A program made the position numbers and the translations under genes. The notes beneath the pieces were generated by a model. That model saw only the letters and a program-made list of their open reading frames with translations. It was not told where the DNA came from and did not search any database. From Somniosus microcephalus (taxonomy: Eukaryota), in contig CM126212.1 of the NCBI GenBank assembly GCA_052327205.1, positions 221,216,001-221,280,000 of the forward strand: DNA of 64,000 bases. The letters are read 5' to 3'. Position 1 is the stretch's first letter. Every line of letters begins with the position of its first letter. Shown here piece after piece: positions 47,801 through 59,514 of the stretch.

Positions 47801-49082
47801 CAAGTTAGTCAATGGGAGCTTGCAAGGGGATGTTATTCAACAGAAACCTGTAATGAACCGAGTTAGTTAATCAGACAGCATGGAGATTATTAATGGGTGC
47901 ATGAGAGGATGCATTATAAATTGTTACTTAACTGACCTACCTTGTTCCTTTCATTGCATTTTGCTCTCTATCACACACTCTCTTTGGTCAAGATGGTTGG
48001 CATAGCCTGGGCAGTAGATGTCTCAATAATTTCTGTCAGTGTCAGAAATGATAAAAGGCCTTTTACACCTTCAACTTACCCAACCCCACATAGTCAGATT
48101 TTTGTTTCGGTCTTGAAGCACAATTTAAGTCAAGGAATATTGAACATTGACAACTTTCTTCCCTCTGAGATTGGACAGCTTGCTTTATTCTATGAGTGTT
48201 TGCAGTTGAAAAAATGTTATCACTTTTCAAATTGCAACAACACCACTACTCTTCATTTCTTAGCTGATGAAAGAATCTGTGATCTTGAAAGCTCATGAAA
48301 ACTATTATCATCCAACAGTCAGTTGAACAAAAGGTATCACATTTAACTATAAAGAAGCTGTTGTGTCTCCAGACATCGGCTGACACAACAATTGGAAAGA
48401 TTGAATTTTAAGTTAATAGGAGGATGGAGAAGTGTCATAGTATCTGGGACTGTTAGGGGCGGGTGGGGAGAGGCAATATAATTGCTCTGTAGGTTGGTAT
48501 GTCCTTATCATTTCTGATCCATTTAATGTTGATGCAGTAATATACAAACATACTGTAATGAAAGATGGCACGGTAATGGGGGGTATTGGTGCTTCAACCT
48601 TCTGCGACATATGGTGCTCCCTCCCCGCATTGAGATATCCTGATCTCGGTCATCTTGTCAAAGTAGCTGTTGCTCACTTCTTCAGGTGTCATCCCATTGC
48701 TAGTATTCCATGAATAAATTGGATAAATACTTGAAGGGAAAAATTTGCATTGCTATGGGGAAAGAGCGGGTGAGTGGGACTAGTTGGATAGCTTTACCAA
48801 AGAGCTGGCACTGGCATGATGGGCCGAATGGCAGCCTCCTGTGCTGTATCGATTCTATGTTTCACAGACACTGGTTACACAATAGCATTCCCAGACCCCT
48901 GGGAGCATGTTGCCCACCCTCTCTTGATGAGGAAGTGGTTGAGTAGCACAGGAGGGTGGAAGCCAAAGTAAAGTATAAATACTTGCATTTATATAGAGCA
49001 CATCTTAAAATGGTTTACATGGAATGAAATGCATAGAGATTGTTACATAGACAAGCGCACCAGCTATTTTGCATATAGCAAC

Positions 49083-49308
49083 TGTCATGAATCTTATCAT
49101 TCATGAAGAAATGACTCATGAAATAACACTGGGCGGCCAGCTGGTGGCGCCATCCAAGGAGTATAAATACTCGGGCATGGGCCCAGCTTGCCCAGGACGT
49201 TTTTGTAACCAGGAACTAGTGATGTAACTAGAATCTCATGGTTGTGAAACAGTTGATTAAAGCCTTGTTTTATACTCAACCAAGTGCTTAGTGAGTTTTC
49301 TTACGTCA
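49083..49308 (+). mobile_element. Solo LTR, CTCF-motif family, copy 4
   Basis: TGTCAT...ACGTCA ends, perfect TSD GCAAC. Confidence 0.94.
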
Positions 49309-49454
49309 GCAACTCACCACGAAGAGCAATGAGTGACTGACCAGTTTATGGTGGCGTTAGCTGAGAAAGGAATGTTAGTCAGGACGCCAGGAGAGCTGCC
49401 TGCTCTTCTTCAAATAGTGGCATCTTTAACATCCTTCTAAAAGAGGCTACCGGC

Positions 49455-49680
49455 TGTCATAAATCTCATCATCGAGAAACTACCTATGAAATAACACTGG
49501 ACGGCCAGCTGGTGGCGCCGTCCAAGGAGTATAAATACTCGGGCGTTGGCCCCAGCTTTCCAGGGACATTTTGTAAGACAAGGAGCTAGTGGATACAACT
49601 AGACCTCCATGTTCTGAAATAAGTTGATTAAAGCCTTGCTTTATACTCGAACCAAGTGCGTAGTGAGTTTTATTACGTCA
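49455..49680 (+). mobile_element. Solo LTR, CTCF-motif family, copy 5
   Basis: TGTCAT...ACGTCA ends, TSD CCGGC/CCAGC. Confidence 0.92.
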
Positions 49681-50021
49681 CCAGCGACTTGGGTTAATGT
49701 CTCATCCATAAGACAGCACTTGCAACAATGCGGTACTCCTCCAGTGTTACCCTGGCATCTCCATCTATCTTATGGGGCCGAGTCCTAGAGTGGGGCTTGA
49801 TTGAACAACTTTCTAACTCAGAGGCAGGAGTGCTACCTCTGAGCCAAGCTGATAAATGGGGAGAAAGCCATTTTAAAATGAGGCGAATGTACAATTTGGA
49901 TGGAGTGATAGGAAGGAGCATTGTTAGTCACTGAAAATGATAAGCAAGCATGTTTTATTTCAGTAGCTTAAGACTCATCATAGATCAGCTGAATTGCAAT
50001 TCTGACCTTGCAACCAGTTTA

Positions 50022-50275
50022 TTTCTTCAGGGAATTCAGAAGAAACTTCTTTACCCAGAGGGTGGTGAGAATGTGGAACTCGCTACCATGGGGAGTGGTT
50101 GAAGCGAATGGTATCGATGCATTTAAGGGGAGGCTGGACAAGCATATGAGGGAGAAGGGAACAGAGGGTTATGCTGATAGAGTTAGATGAGGAAAGACGG
50201 GAGGAGGCCCGAGTGGAGCATAGACGCCGGCATGGGCTGGTTGGGCCGAATGGTCTGTTTCTGTGCTGTATATCC
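50022..50275 (+). mobile_element. CR1 3' fragment
   Basis: Peptide RRNFFTQRVVRMWNSLP. Confidence 0.85.
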
Positions 50276-51179
50276 GATGGAATTCAAAGATCACATCAAA
50301 GGGTGACACTCCGGGATGGAAAGAAAAATGGATCACAGATTTCCAGCTCAGAATTCTAGTTGTAATTAGCAGTGACGGAGGCCCAATTTTCTTTCTGGTT
50401 GATATACCCTACATGGAGGATGAGGCACGAGGTATTATACATGATTCAGAAACTCCTCTTTTAAAGAGAAATGCCTGTTTTTTTTGCCCCAGAATAAACA
50501 GCACGCTAACTAAACCCCACGAGGCAAAACTTTGCATTCCCGTGATCTTTGCCAGCAGTGCGTTAATTGCAGAAAAAAATAAGAATTTTCTTGTTTTTCA
50601 TTTAAAAAAAGAATTTTGCGACTCTAAAACACTAACAAAGTCATTCAACTAGTGAAGAGGTTAAAGAATAAAAGATTCTATTTTATTCCATTCTGATGCA
50701 TCACAGTGCCATCTGGCAGGTGTACAAAGGTAGAGTTTAAACAGGGAGGTGAATATTTCATGAGAGATTCAGATTAAAAAGTACCTGGGGGTAGGAAAAT
50801 AATTTCAAGCATCTGAATGCCTAGTTGTACTCAGCTGACAATGCTATTTTCTTCACATTTTTAGCTTCATAAAAATATACAACTCATCCTATCATCTAAC
50901 TCCAAGATTTTCACTGGCCATTTTTTGTCCTCCCCGGCCTCAAACCCCCCTTTTCTTTGCTAAGTCGAATATACGCTGATTTCCTTTTCAATGTTTCGAC
51001 TGAATCAGCCTTTACTTTGTCAAGTGGCTTTGAATTCTGAGGTCCTGTCCCCGTGAAGACACGCACAGACACGCACAATTTCATACACTCTCGCGCACAC
51101 GCACGCACCAAAGGACCTGGATGGTAGCCTCTTGTCCAAGTCTATCTTAACAATAGCAAAACTTTTTTCAACACCATGG

Positions 51180-51843
51180 AAAGGAATCAAGGGATATGGA
51201 GATCGGGTGGGAAAGTGGAGTTGAGGTAGAAACATAGAAACATCGAAAAATAGGAGCAGGAGTAGACCATTCGGCCCTTCGAGCCTGCTCCGCCATTCAA
51301 TATGATCATGGCTGATCCTCTATCTCAATACCATATTCCCGCTCTCTCCCCATACCCCTTGATGCCTTTTGTGTCTAGAAATCTATCTGTCTCCTTCTTA
51401 AATATATTCAGTGACTTGGCCTCCACAGCTGTCTGTGGTAGAGAATTCCACAGGTTCACCACCCTCTGAGTGAAGAAATTTCTCCTCATCTCAGTCTCAA
51501 ATGTCCTACCCCATATCCTGAGACTGTGACCCCTCGTTCTAGAGCCCCAGCCAGGGGAAACATCCTTCCTGTATCCAGTCTGTCTAGATTTGTCAGAATT
51601 TTATACGTTTCAGTGAGATCCCCTCTCATTCTTCTAAACTCTAGTGAATACAGGCCTAGTTGACCCAATTTCTCCTCATACAACAGTCCTGCCATCCCAG
51701 GAATCAGTCTGGTGAACCTTTGCTGCACTCCCTCTATGGCAAGTATATCCTTTCTTAGGTAAGATCAACCATGATCTTATTGAATGGGGGAACAGGCTCG
51801 AGGGGCCTTACGGCCTACTCCTGCTCCTATTTCTTATGTTCTT
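51180..51843. mobile_element. Antisense CR1 3' fragment (~51228-51762) nested in a sense CR1 tail
   Basis: The sense 3' UTR is split at GAGGTAGA|AGATCAACCATG; the inner ORF contains [15 protein letters not shown]. Confidence 0.85.
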
Positions 51844-52291
51844 AAAACTCGCATCAAGGGCAGCACAGTCAGAGAAATTATTTTTCTGAATCTGCAAATG
51901 ACTCAAATTGGGTGGTTTGAGAATTAATCCAGAATTGATCCAATTCACCTCCCTCTGTATTTTAAGAGGATAGATCCCGCAAAAATAAGCTGCCAGTTAT
52001 TTATACCAATTTCATATTTGTACAGATGGGTGAATAGAGCTACTGAGCAATAACAGTGGTTGGATTGGTGTTTGTGGGGAGGCTGGTTCCAGGGGCTCCC
52101 AAGTAGGTAGGCCCACGAGTGAAGAGGGATGGAGTTAAACCTTGGGGCCTGGTCTGGATTTGTGGGAATGCACTGAAAGGCAAGTCAGTCTGGATTGATT
52201 GTTTTTTCTGATTATGTGAAGTAACCTCAAAATTAAGTGTGTCAAAGAATGGTTTTTTATAGTAAAAAAAATGAACAGTGTTGCCTAAATA

Positions 52292-52620
52292 CAGAAAACT
52301 CTTTGGTATCCGGCACCGCCGGGACCGGGATGGTGCCGGTTGATTAAAAATTCCGGTTGACGGAGAGGGTTATCTACCAAGGCTATTTTTAACAAACAAA
52401 GAGTCAGACTCCTGTTATTGAGGTGTTCGGACTTCCGCCAGCGCCAAGAAGCCGAGTAGTGGCAGTTTGGAGAACTACCCCCACTGACTAACTCGGCCAC
52501 CGCGGGAGACTCGGACTCGGCAACATTGCCGGTTATTGAGGTGTTGTTTTCGGAGTATGAATTTTGCCGGTTAATAGAGAATTCCGGATATTTAGGAGCC
52601 ATTTAAACGAGAGGTTCCTG
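52292..52620. mobile_element. Tc1/mariner (pogo/Tigger-like) MITE
   Basis: TA|CAGAAAACTCT...AGAGGTTCCTG|TA, with repeated CCGGTT.AT subterminal motifs. Confidence 0.75.
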
Positions 52621-53152
52621 TACCCAGATCTGAGCTTGCTTTTGGCGAGAGGTTATTCACGCACAAGAAATTCTTGTTCCACTCGTTGAGGTTGTAGTCT
52701 GCAACACTTGAAGTAAATGTAGAGAAGGGGAAGGTTTTTAAGACACTTGACAGTTCATTAGTCCAATGCGGGCTGATAATGTGATTGTGAATTGGTCCTG
52801 TCATCAGTTAAATGGCACAGAAAATTATTTGAAGTCAAATCAGTTGCATAAAATAAAACAGGTTTTTAGCCTTCATTTAAAACTGCGGTAGATTCGATTC
52901 TGTCAGTTTTTTTTTAAGCCCCTTGGAGTGTAACCTCCACCAAAGGAGCCAGTGTTTGATAACAGGACAAGCTGTGCCGGTGGCATAGGAGCAGCACTCC
53001 TTTGTGCAATTAAATTAAAGTACTTGTCTGACGATGGGGGAGAGGAAGACTTGTGTCAATAAACGCATACGGCTTTTATTACTTAACAATAATTTTGTTG
53101 GATTCCTGTAGTAAGCAAGGGGAAAAGAATCACAACCAATACAACAGTCCTC

Positions 53153-53525
53153 AGATACTGAGGGGGCTCGACAGGGTAGATGCAGAGAGGATGTTTCCCC
53201 CTCGTGGGGAAATCTAGAACTTGGGGGCATAGTTCCAGAATAAAAGGGTCGCCCTTTTAGAACTGAGATGAGGAGGAATTTCTTCTCTCAGAGGGTCGTA
53301 AATCTGTGGAATCCTCTGCCCCAGAGAGCCGTGGATGCTGGGTCATTAAATACATTTAAGGTGGAGATAGACAGATTTTTTGCAAGATAAGGGAGTGAAG
53401 GACTATGGGGAGCGGGCAGGGATGTGGCTTTGAGCCCAAGATCAGCCATGATCTTATTGAATGGCGGAGCAGGCTCGAGGGGCCAAGTGGCCTATTTCCT
53501 GCTCCTATTTCTTATGTTCTTATGT
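53153..53525 (+). mobile_element. CR1 3' fragment
   Basis: Homologous to 16500-16858. Confidence 0.9.
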
Positions 53526-53532
53526 CCCACGT

Positions 53533-53700
53533 CTAACCTGACCACCCACCCAGCGGGAACGGGGTGGGTTCATGTCGGAAGCCGGATTCACACCCCGCCC
53601 AATATTGCACTCTACTGAAGTGAATGGAGCATAAAATTGGGCGGGGTGCAAGAAATGGCAGCCGACCTGAACCCACTCCATTCTCGCCGGGCGGCTTAGG
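53533..53700. mobile_element. Short palindromic MITE-like element
   Basis: CACCCCGCCCAAT / ATTGGGCGGGGTG and GTGGGTTCA / TGAACCCAC arms form one long imperfect hairpin. Confidence 0.7.
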
Positions 53701-54192
53701 ATGATACCAGAACTAATGTCCTAGCTTGTCCTTAACATTCAATCGTAACGCTGCCTACGTAACAATAGTCACTGCTTTTCAAAGTAATTGATTGTATGTG
53801 AAGCGCTTAGAGACGCGTATGAAAGACGAGGTCAGGCGTTCTATAAATGCAGGTCTTTCGTTCCTAATTGCTTCATGACTTCAGGCTGACAGCAAAATTG
53901 AATTGAAATGCAGGAAAAAAAAAACATGTTTCAACAAGAATAAAATACCTGGGCAACAATTGCTAGGACTGATTTGTGTTCGGAGTTACAAATACATGGA
54001 CAGGCTCTCTGCTGTTGATCAGCTTCTACCACCTGCTGGCAAAACCAATGAGAGGTTTAGTTGATCTGACTAGTTTCAATTTGTTGGGTGAAAAAGAATG
54101 ATTCGGTTATGTCAGAGACTGTAAGGCCTGCTTCAATGTCAGTTACTTTATTTAAAGAATATACCCCGGGTAAAAGAGACACAATTCACTTA

Positions 54193-54413
54193 TACAAAAA
54201 CAAAATGCTGCGGATGCTGGAGATCTGAAATCCAAACAGAAAATGCTAGGACTACTCAGCCCTTTCCCTGCCTCTGCACTTCCGTAAAACCTGTCACATC
54301 TCCAACATTTTCCAGTTCTGACGAGAGGTCATCGACCTGAAGCGCTAACTCTGTTTCTCTCTCCACAGGTGTCGCCTGACCTGTTGAGTATTTCCAGCAT
54401 TTTCTGTTTTTAT
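54193..54413. mobile_element. Short Penelope-derived insertion with inverted pLTR ends
   Basis: 13-bp TSD CACAATTCACTTA (54180-92/54414-26); homologous to 25730-25820. Confidence 0.85.
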
Positions 54414-54480
54414 CACAATTCACTTACACCTGTTGCTGTATGACTTGTGTGTGCCTCAGTGGCAGCACCTGCGACACCCT

Positions 54481-55211
54481 GGGGGAGAAATTCAGTAGGT
54501 TGCGCCACCCGTTAGCGCCTTAAGAGGGCGCTAAGTGGGTCGCAAGGCAACTGGCGCCCGGACGCGGCACTGCCCACGCCTCCCGCTAAATTCCGCGGGA
54601 CGTTAGTGGAGGCGCTAACCGTTAGCACTGCGCCATTGCTGATGACGTCCTGGCCGCGATATTTGGCAGCGCCCCCTGATTTACCGCCGGACGCTATGTC
54701 CGACCGGTTCAAGGGGGCCTACCTGTGGCCGGGGAGGCGCAAGTTAAAGGCGAGGTGCGGGGCGGCCATTTTTGTTGTTGGCCGCCTGCCAGCACCTGCC
54801 TGCGCTCCCGTCCCCGGCCTCCTGAACCCCCCCCCGCGGAGTGCTGGCTGCACTCCAAGAGCCCAGCACTTCTCCTCGGTGCTGGGCTCTTTTGCCTGCA
54901 CTCCCGATCCTCGGGGGCCCAGCTGGGCCCCAGATTGCGCTGCACAAGGCCCCTCCCCTTTAAGAAGGGGAGGAAGACCTGCAATACCACAGCGCGACGC
55001 GCCGCAGCGTGTGGCGCTGCGGCACGTAGCGCCACGATAGTCACTCGCAGCGCCCCAAGAGGGATGCGGGGCACCTCCAGTAGCGCCGCGCTTCCCTTTG
55101 GGGCGCAACAACTCAATTTCCGGTGCGGGGGCGCGAATGTTTCCGGGGCACTACTTCTAGCACCCTGGCGAGGCTGGCACCCCAAACGGGGCTATACTCA
55201 ATTTCTCCCCC
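54481..55211. mobile_element. Harbinger-type MITE
   Basis: TIR GGGGGAGAAATT / AATTTCTCCCCC, TSD CCT. Confidence 0.9.
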
Positions 55212-55224
55212 CCTGTGTCTCACA

Positions 55225-56475
55225 AGTGTTTCACCTCCTGATTCCCCAAAGCCTTTCCACCATCTACAAGGCACAAGTCAGGAGTGTGATGGAATCCTCG
55301 CCACTTGTCTGGATGTGTGCAGCTCCAACAACACTCGAAGCTCAACACCATCCAGGACAAAGCAGCCCGCTTGATTGGCACCCCAGCCACCACCTTAAAC
55401 ATTCACTACCTCCACCACTGGCGCACCATGGCTGCAGTGTGTACCATCTACAAGATGCACTGCAGCAACTCCCCAAGGCTTCTTCGACAGCACCTCCCAA
55501 ACCCACAACCTCTACCACCTTCTTCTTCTTCTTAGGCAGTCCCTCGGAACCGAGGATGGCTTGCTTCCACATTAAAAATGAGTTCGCATGTGACTGATTA
55601 GTCCAATGCGGGACCTACAGTCTCTGTCACAGGTGGGGCAGACGGTGGTTGAAGGGGCGGGTGGGTGGGGTGCTTGGGTTGATGTGCGCTCCTTGCGCTG
55701 CCTGCGCTTGGCTTCCGCTTGCTCCCGGCGAAGAGACTCGAGGTGTTCGGCGCCTTCCTGGATGCTTCTCCTCCACTTCGTGCGGTCTTGGGCCAGGGAT
55801 TCCCAGGTGTCAGTGGGGATGTTACACTTTTTCAAGGAGGCTTTGAGGGTGTCCTCGAAGCGTTTCCTCTGCCCACCTGGGGCTCTCTTACCGTGCCGGA
55901 GCTCCGAGTAGAGTGCTTGTTTTGGGAGTCTCGTATCGGGCATGCGGACAATGTGACCTGTCCATCGGAGCTGATTGAGCGTGGTCAAAGCTTCGATGCT
56001 GGGGATGTTGGCCTGAGCAAGAACACTGACGTTGGTGCGCCTATCCTGCCAATGGATTTGCAGGATCTTGCAGAGGCAGCATTTGACGTGCCTGCTGTAC
56101 ATGGTCCATGTCTCTGAGGCATACAGCAGGGCAGGTATCACTGCTGCTCTGTAGACCATGAGCTTATTGCCGGGTTTGAGGTCCTGGTCTTCAAACACTC
56201 TCTTCCTAGAAGGACAAAGGCAACAGGCACATGGGAACAACATCAGCTGCAAGTTCCCTTCCAAGTCACACACCATCCTGACTTGGAAATATATCGGCCG
56301 TTCCTTCATCGTCGCTGGGTCAAAATCCTGGAACTCCCTCCCTAACAGCACTGCGTGAGGCCATTCACCACACGGACTGCAGCGGTTCAAGAAGGTGGCT
56401 CACTACCACCTTCTCAAGGGCAATTAGGGATGGGCAATAAATGCAGGGCTTGCCAGAGACACCCACATCCCAGGA
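55225..56475 (+). mobile_element. CR1-group LINE (second family) 3' fragment, split by an RTE
   Basis: Peptides STIYKAQVRSVME and TIQDKAARLIG; resumes at ~56208. Confidence 0.85.
55520..56207 (-). mobile_element. RTE-clade LINE 3' fragment
   Basis: Peptides LLYASETW, QLRWTGHIVRMPDTRLPK and CPTCDRDCRSRIGLISH; (GAA)n tail. Confidence 0.95.
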
Positions 56476-56947
56476 ACAAATTAAACAAACCCGACTGTAA
56501 TCTGGGTACATTGTATATCCAACAGAGCAAAGGATCCAGAATTTGATAGCAGGACAAGCTGTGTTGGTGGCACAGGAGCAGAACGCTTTGTGCAACATCT
56601 CAGTTGTGTGGAAGTCGCAATTGCATTGATTTCCCGATCCTTGCTTAGAGCTCTGGGATAATGACAGGCAGCTTCCGTCTGATCCAGATGTTAGACTGTA
56701 CGGCAGGAATTCTATCTGCTACCGAGTAGGAAAAGTACTCCCTTTTTCCAGACCAAATATCTAAAATATTCTGTGAATTTGTGTTCATCAATGGCAGGGA
56801 TATATTGAGGAATTGAGCTTTTCACACGCTTACAGGTCAGGTATTGCACTGGTTAGATACAGAGTTAAGCTACTTCCTGAATGCCCCAACAGTATAGTTT
56901 AAACCCAGGTCCAGGAAAGCACACTTTGACTGCACCAATCACTTATC

Positions 56948-59510
56948 AAACATAAGAACATAAGAAATACGAGCAGGAATAGGCCACTTGGGCCCTCGAG
57001 CCTGCTCCGCCATTTAATGAGATCATGGCTGATCTGATCTTGGGCTCAGCTCTCCAAGTGCCCTGCTATTACATCTTTTATAATGGACTCTAGCATTTTC
57101 CCCACTACCGATGTCAGGCTTACCGGTCTGTAATTCCCCGTTTTCTCTCTACCACCTTTTTGAACAGCGGGGTAACATTAGCTACCCTCCAATCCATGGG
57201 TACTGTTCCAGAGTCTATTGAATTTTGGAAAATGACCCGCAATGCATCTACTATTTCTAGGGCCACTTCCTTAAGTACCCTAGGATGTAGATTATCAGGC
57301 CCTGGGGATTTATCGTCCCTCAATCCCATCAATTTCCCTAACACCATTTCCCTACAAATACTGATTTCTATCAGTTCCTCCCTGTCATTAGACCCTATGT
57401 TCCCCGACATCTTTGGGAGGTTATTTGTGTCCTCCTTTGTGAAGACAGAACCAAAGTATGTATTTAATTGGTTAGCCATTTCTTTGTTCCCCATTATAAA
57501 TTCCCCCGATTCTGACTGCAAGGGACCTACGCTTGACTTCACCAATCTTTTTCTCTTCACATATCTATAAAAGCTTTTACAGTCAGTTTTTATGTTCCCT
57601 GCAAGCTTACACTCATACTCTATTTTCCCCCTCTTAATTAATCCCTTTGTCCTCCTTTGTTGAATCCTAAACTGCTCCCAATCCTCAGGTTTACTGCTTT
57701 TTCTGGCCAATTTATATGTCCTCTCCTTGGATCTTATGCTACCCCTAATTTCCCTTGTTAGCCACGGTTGAGTCACCTTTTTTGTTTTATTTTTATGCCA
57801 AACTGGGATGAGCAAATTCTGTAGTTCATCCATGCGATCTTTGAATATTTGCCATTGCCCATCCACCGTCAACCCTTTGAGTATCATTCCCCAATCAATC
57901 CTAACCAACTCGCACCTCATATCATCGTAGTCCCCTTTATTTAAATTCAGGACCCTAGTCTCTGAGTCAACTATTTCACCCTCCATCTTAATGAAGAATT
58001 CTATCATATTATGATCGCTCTGACCCAAGGGGCCTCGCACAACAAGATTGCTAATTAATCCTTTCTCATTACATAATACCCAGTCTAAGATGGCCTGATC
58101 TCTAGTTGGTTCCTCGACATATTGGTCCAGGAAACCATCCCGTATACACTCCAGGAATTCCTCCACCACAGTATTGTTACTAATTTGGTTAGTCCAATCT
58201 ATGTGTAGATTAAAGTCACCCATGATAACTGCTGTGCCCTTATTGCGCGCTTCTCCAATTTCCCATTTAATGCCATCCCCGACCTTCGCATTACTGTTTG
58301 GAGGTCTATATACCACTCCCACTAATGTTTTCTGCCCCTTGGTATTTTTCAGTTCTACCCATACAGATTCCACATCATCAGAGCTAATATCCTTCCTTTC
58401 AATTGTGTTAATCCCCTCTTTAACCAGCAATGCTACCCCACCTCCTTTTTCTTTTTGCCTATTTTTCCTGAATATTGAATACCCCGGGATATTGAGTTCT
58501 CAGCCTTGGCCACCCTGGAGCCATGTTTCCGTAATCCCAATCATATCATATTCGTTTACGTCTATTTGCGCAGCTAATTCATCCACCTTATTACGAATGC
58601 TCCTTGCATTAGGACACAAAGCCTTCAGGCTTGTTTTTTTAACGCTCTTAGATCTTTTAGAATTATTATTTACTGTGGCCATGTTTGATTTAAACCCTTG
58701 GGCCTAGATTTTCAGTATAGACAGTTTTGGGGCGCTAACCTTAGCGCCCGCCCGAAGTTAGCGCCCGCCCCAAAGTAGCGCCCCGTTGCCGGAAATTCAG
58801 TGGCTTCGCCCTAAGAGGTTGGTGGAGCGCTAAAAGAGGCGTTCCACTACTATCTTTAGGCGCTAAGCCGGCGGTGCAGAGCGCAACACCCGAGCTCGGG
58901 CGCAGCGCACGGCAGACACTCTGGTGCCAGTGAGCTCTTAAAGGGGACGGGTACATGTGTTTTTTGCAAAGGCAGAGTCTGGGGGGGAAAAGACGACGAC
59001 GACGACGACGACGAGGAGGAGGAGGAGGAGGAGGAGGAGGAGGAGGAGGACATAAATACACCATTCAGAACACACTGGTTCCTTCCATTATAGTGCAGGA
59101 GGGCCCTTTAATTTGCGCTCCCCAGGGTGTGTTGCGTTCCATTTTACAAACGCACTGGACGGCAGCCGCACAATCGGGCGGTCCGACTGAAGTTTGTATT
59201 CGGGGCGGCCAAAGGGCGTTGCACGAGGATGTGACGTCATTTTCTGCGCGCGCATCCGGGCGGCCGCTAAACTTTGCGCCGGCGCTAACGGGCAACTTAA
59301 TTTGGGGCGGGGCGCAAACTGCGCTGCGCCCGGGCGCTACACGCATAGCGCCCGGGCGCTACACGCATAGCGCCCGAAAATCACTTCTCTTAAGGCGCTA
59401 ACTGCTGGCGCAAGCAACTGAAAATCTAGCCCTTGATTTCTCTGCCTGCCACTTTCATTTTTCTCCTTCCTGTCTTTTGCTTTTATCCTTGTTTCCCTTT
59501 CCTCTGTCTC
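56948..59510 (-). mobile_element. CR1 LINE with endonuclease domain; RT region deleted so the 3' tail joins at ~57055; MITE inserted at 58701
   Basis: Peptides NARSIRNK, ITETW, VVYRPP, MGDFN, LDWV, SDHN and KSPGPD. Confidence 0.93.
58701..59432. mobile_element. Harbinger-type MITE with an internal (GAC)n(GAG)n microsatellite
   Basis: TIR GGCCTAGATTTTCAG / CTGAAAATCTAGCCC, TSD TTG. Confidence 0.9.
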
Positions 59511-59514
59511 TCCT

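Noticed and set aside
49083-49680. TRIM-like element formed by two neighbouring LTRs
   Set aside because: Each LTR has its own distinct TSD and the spacer is decayed SINE sequence with no PBS or PPT, so these are independent insertions.
54512-55597. Long GC-rich overlapping ORFs or a CpG-island promoter
   Set aside because: They fall within a TIR/TSD-bounded MITE and the adjacent LINE; high GC content explains the open frames.
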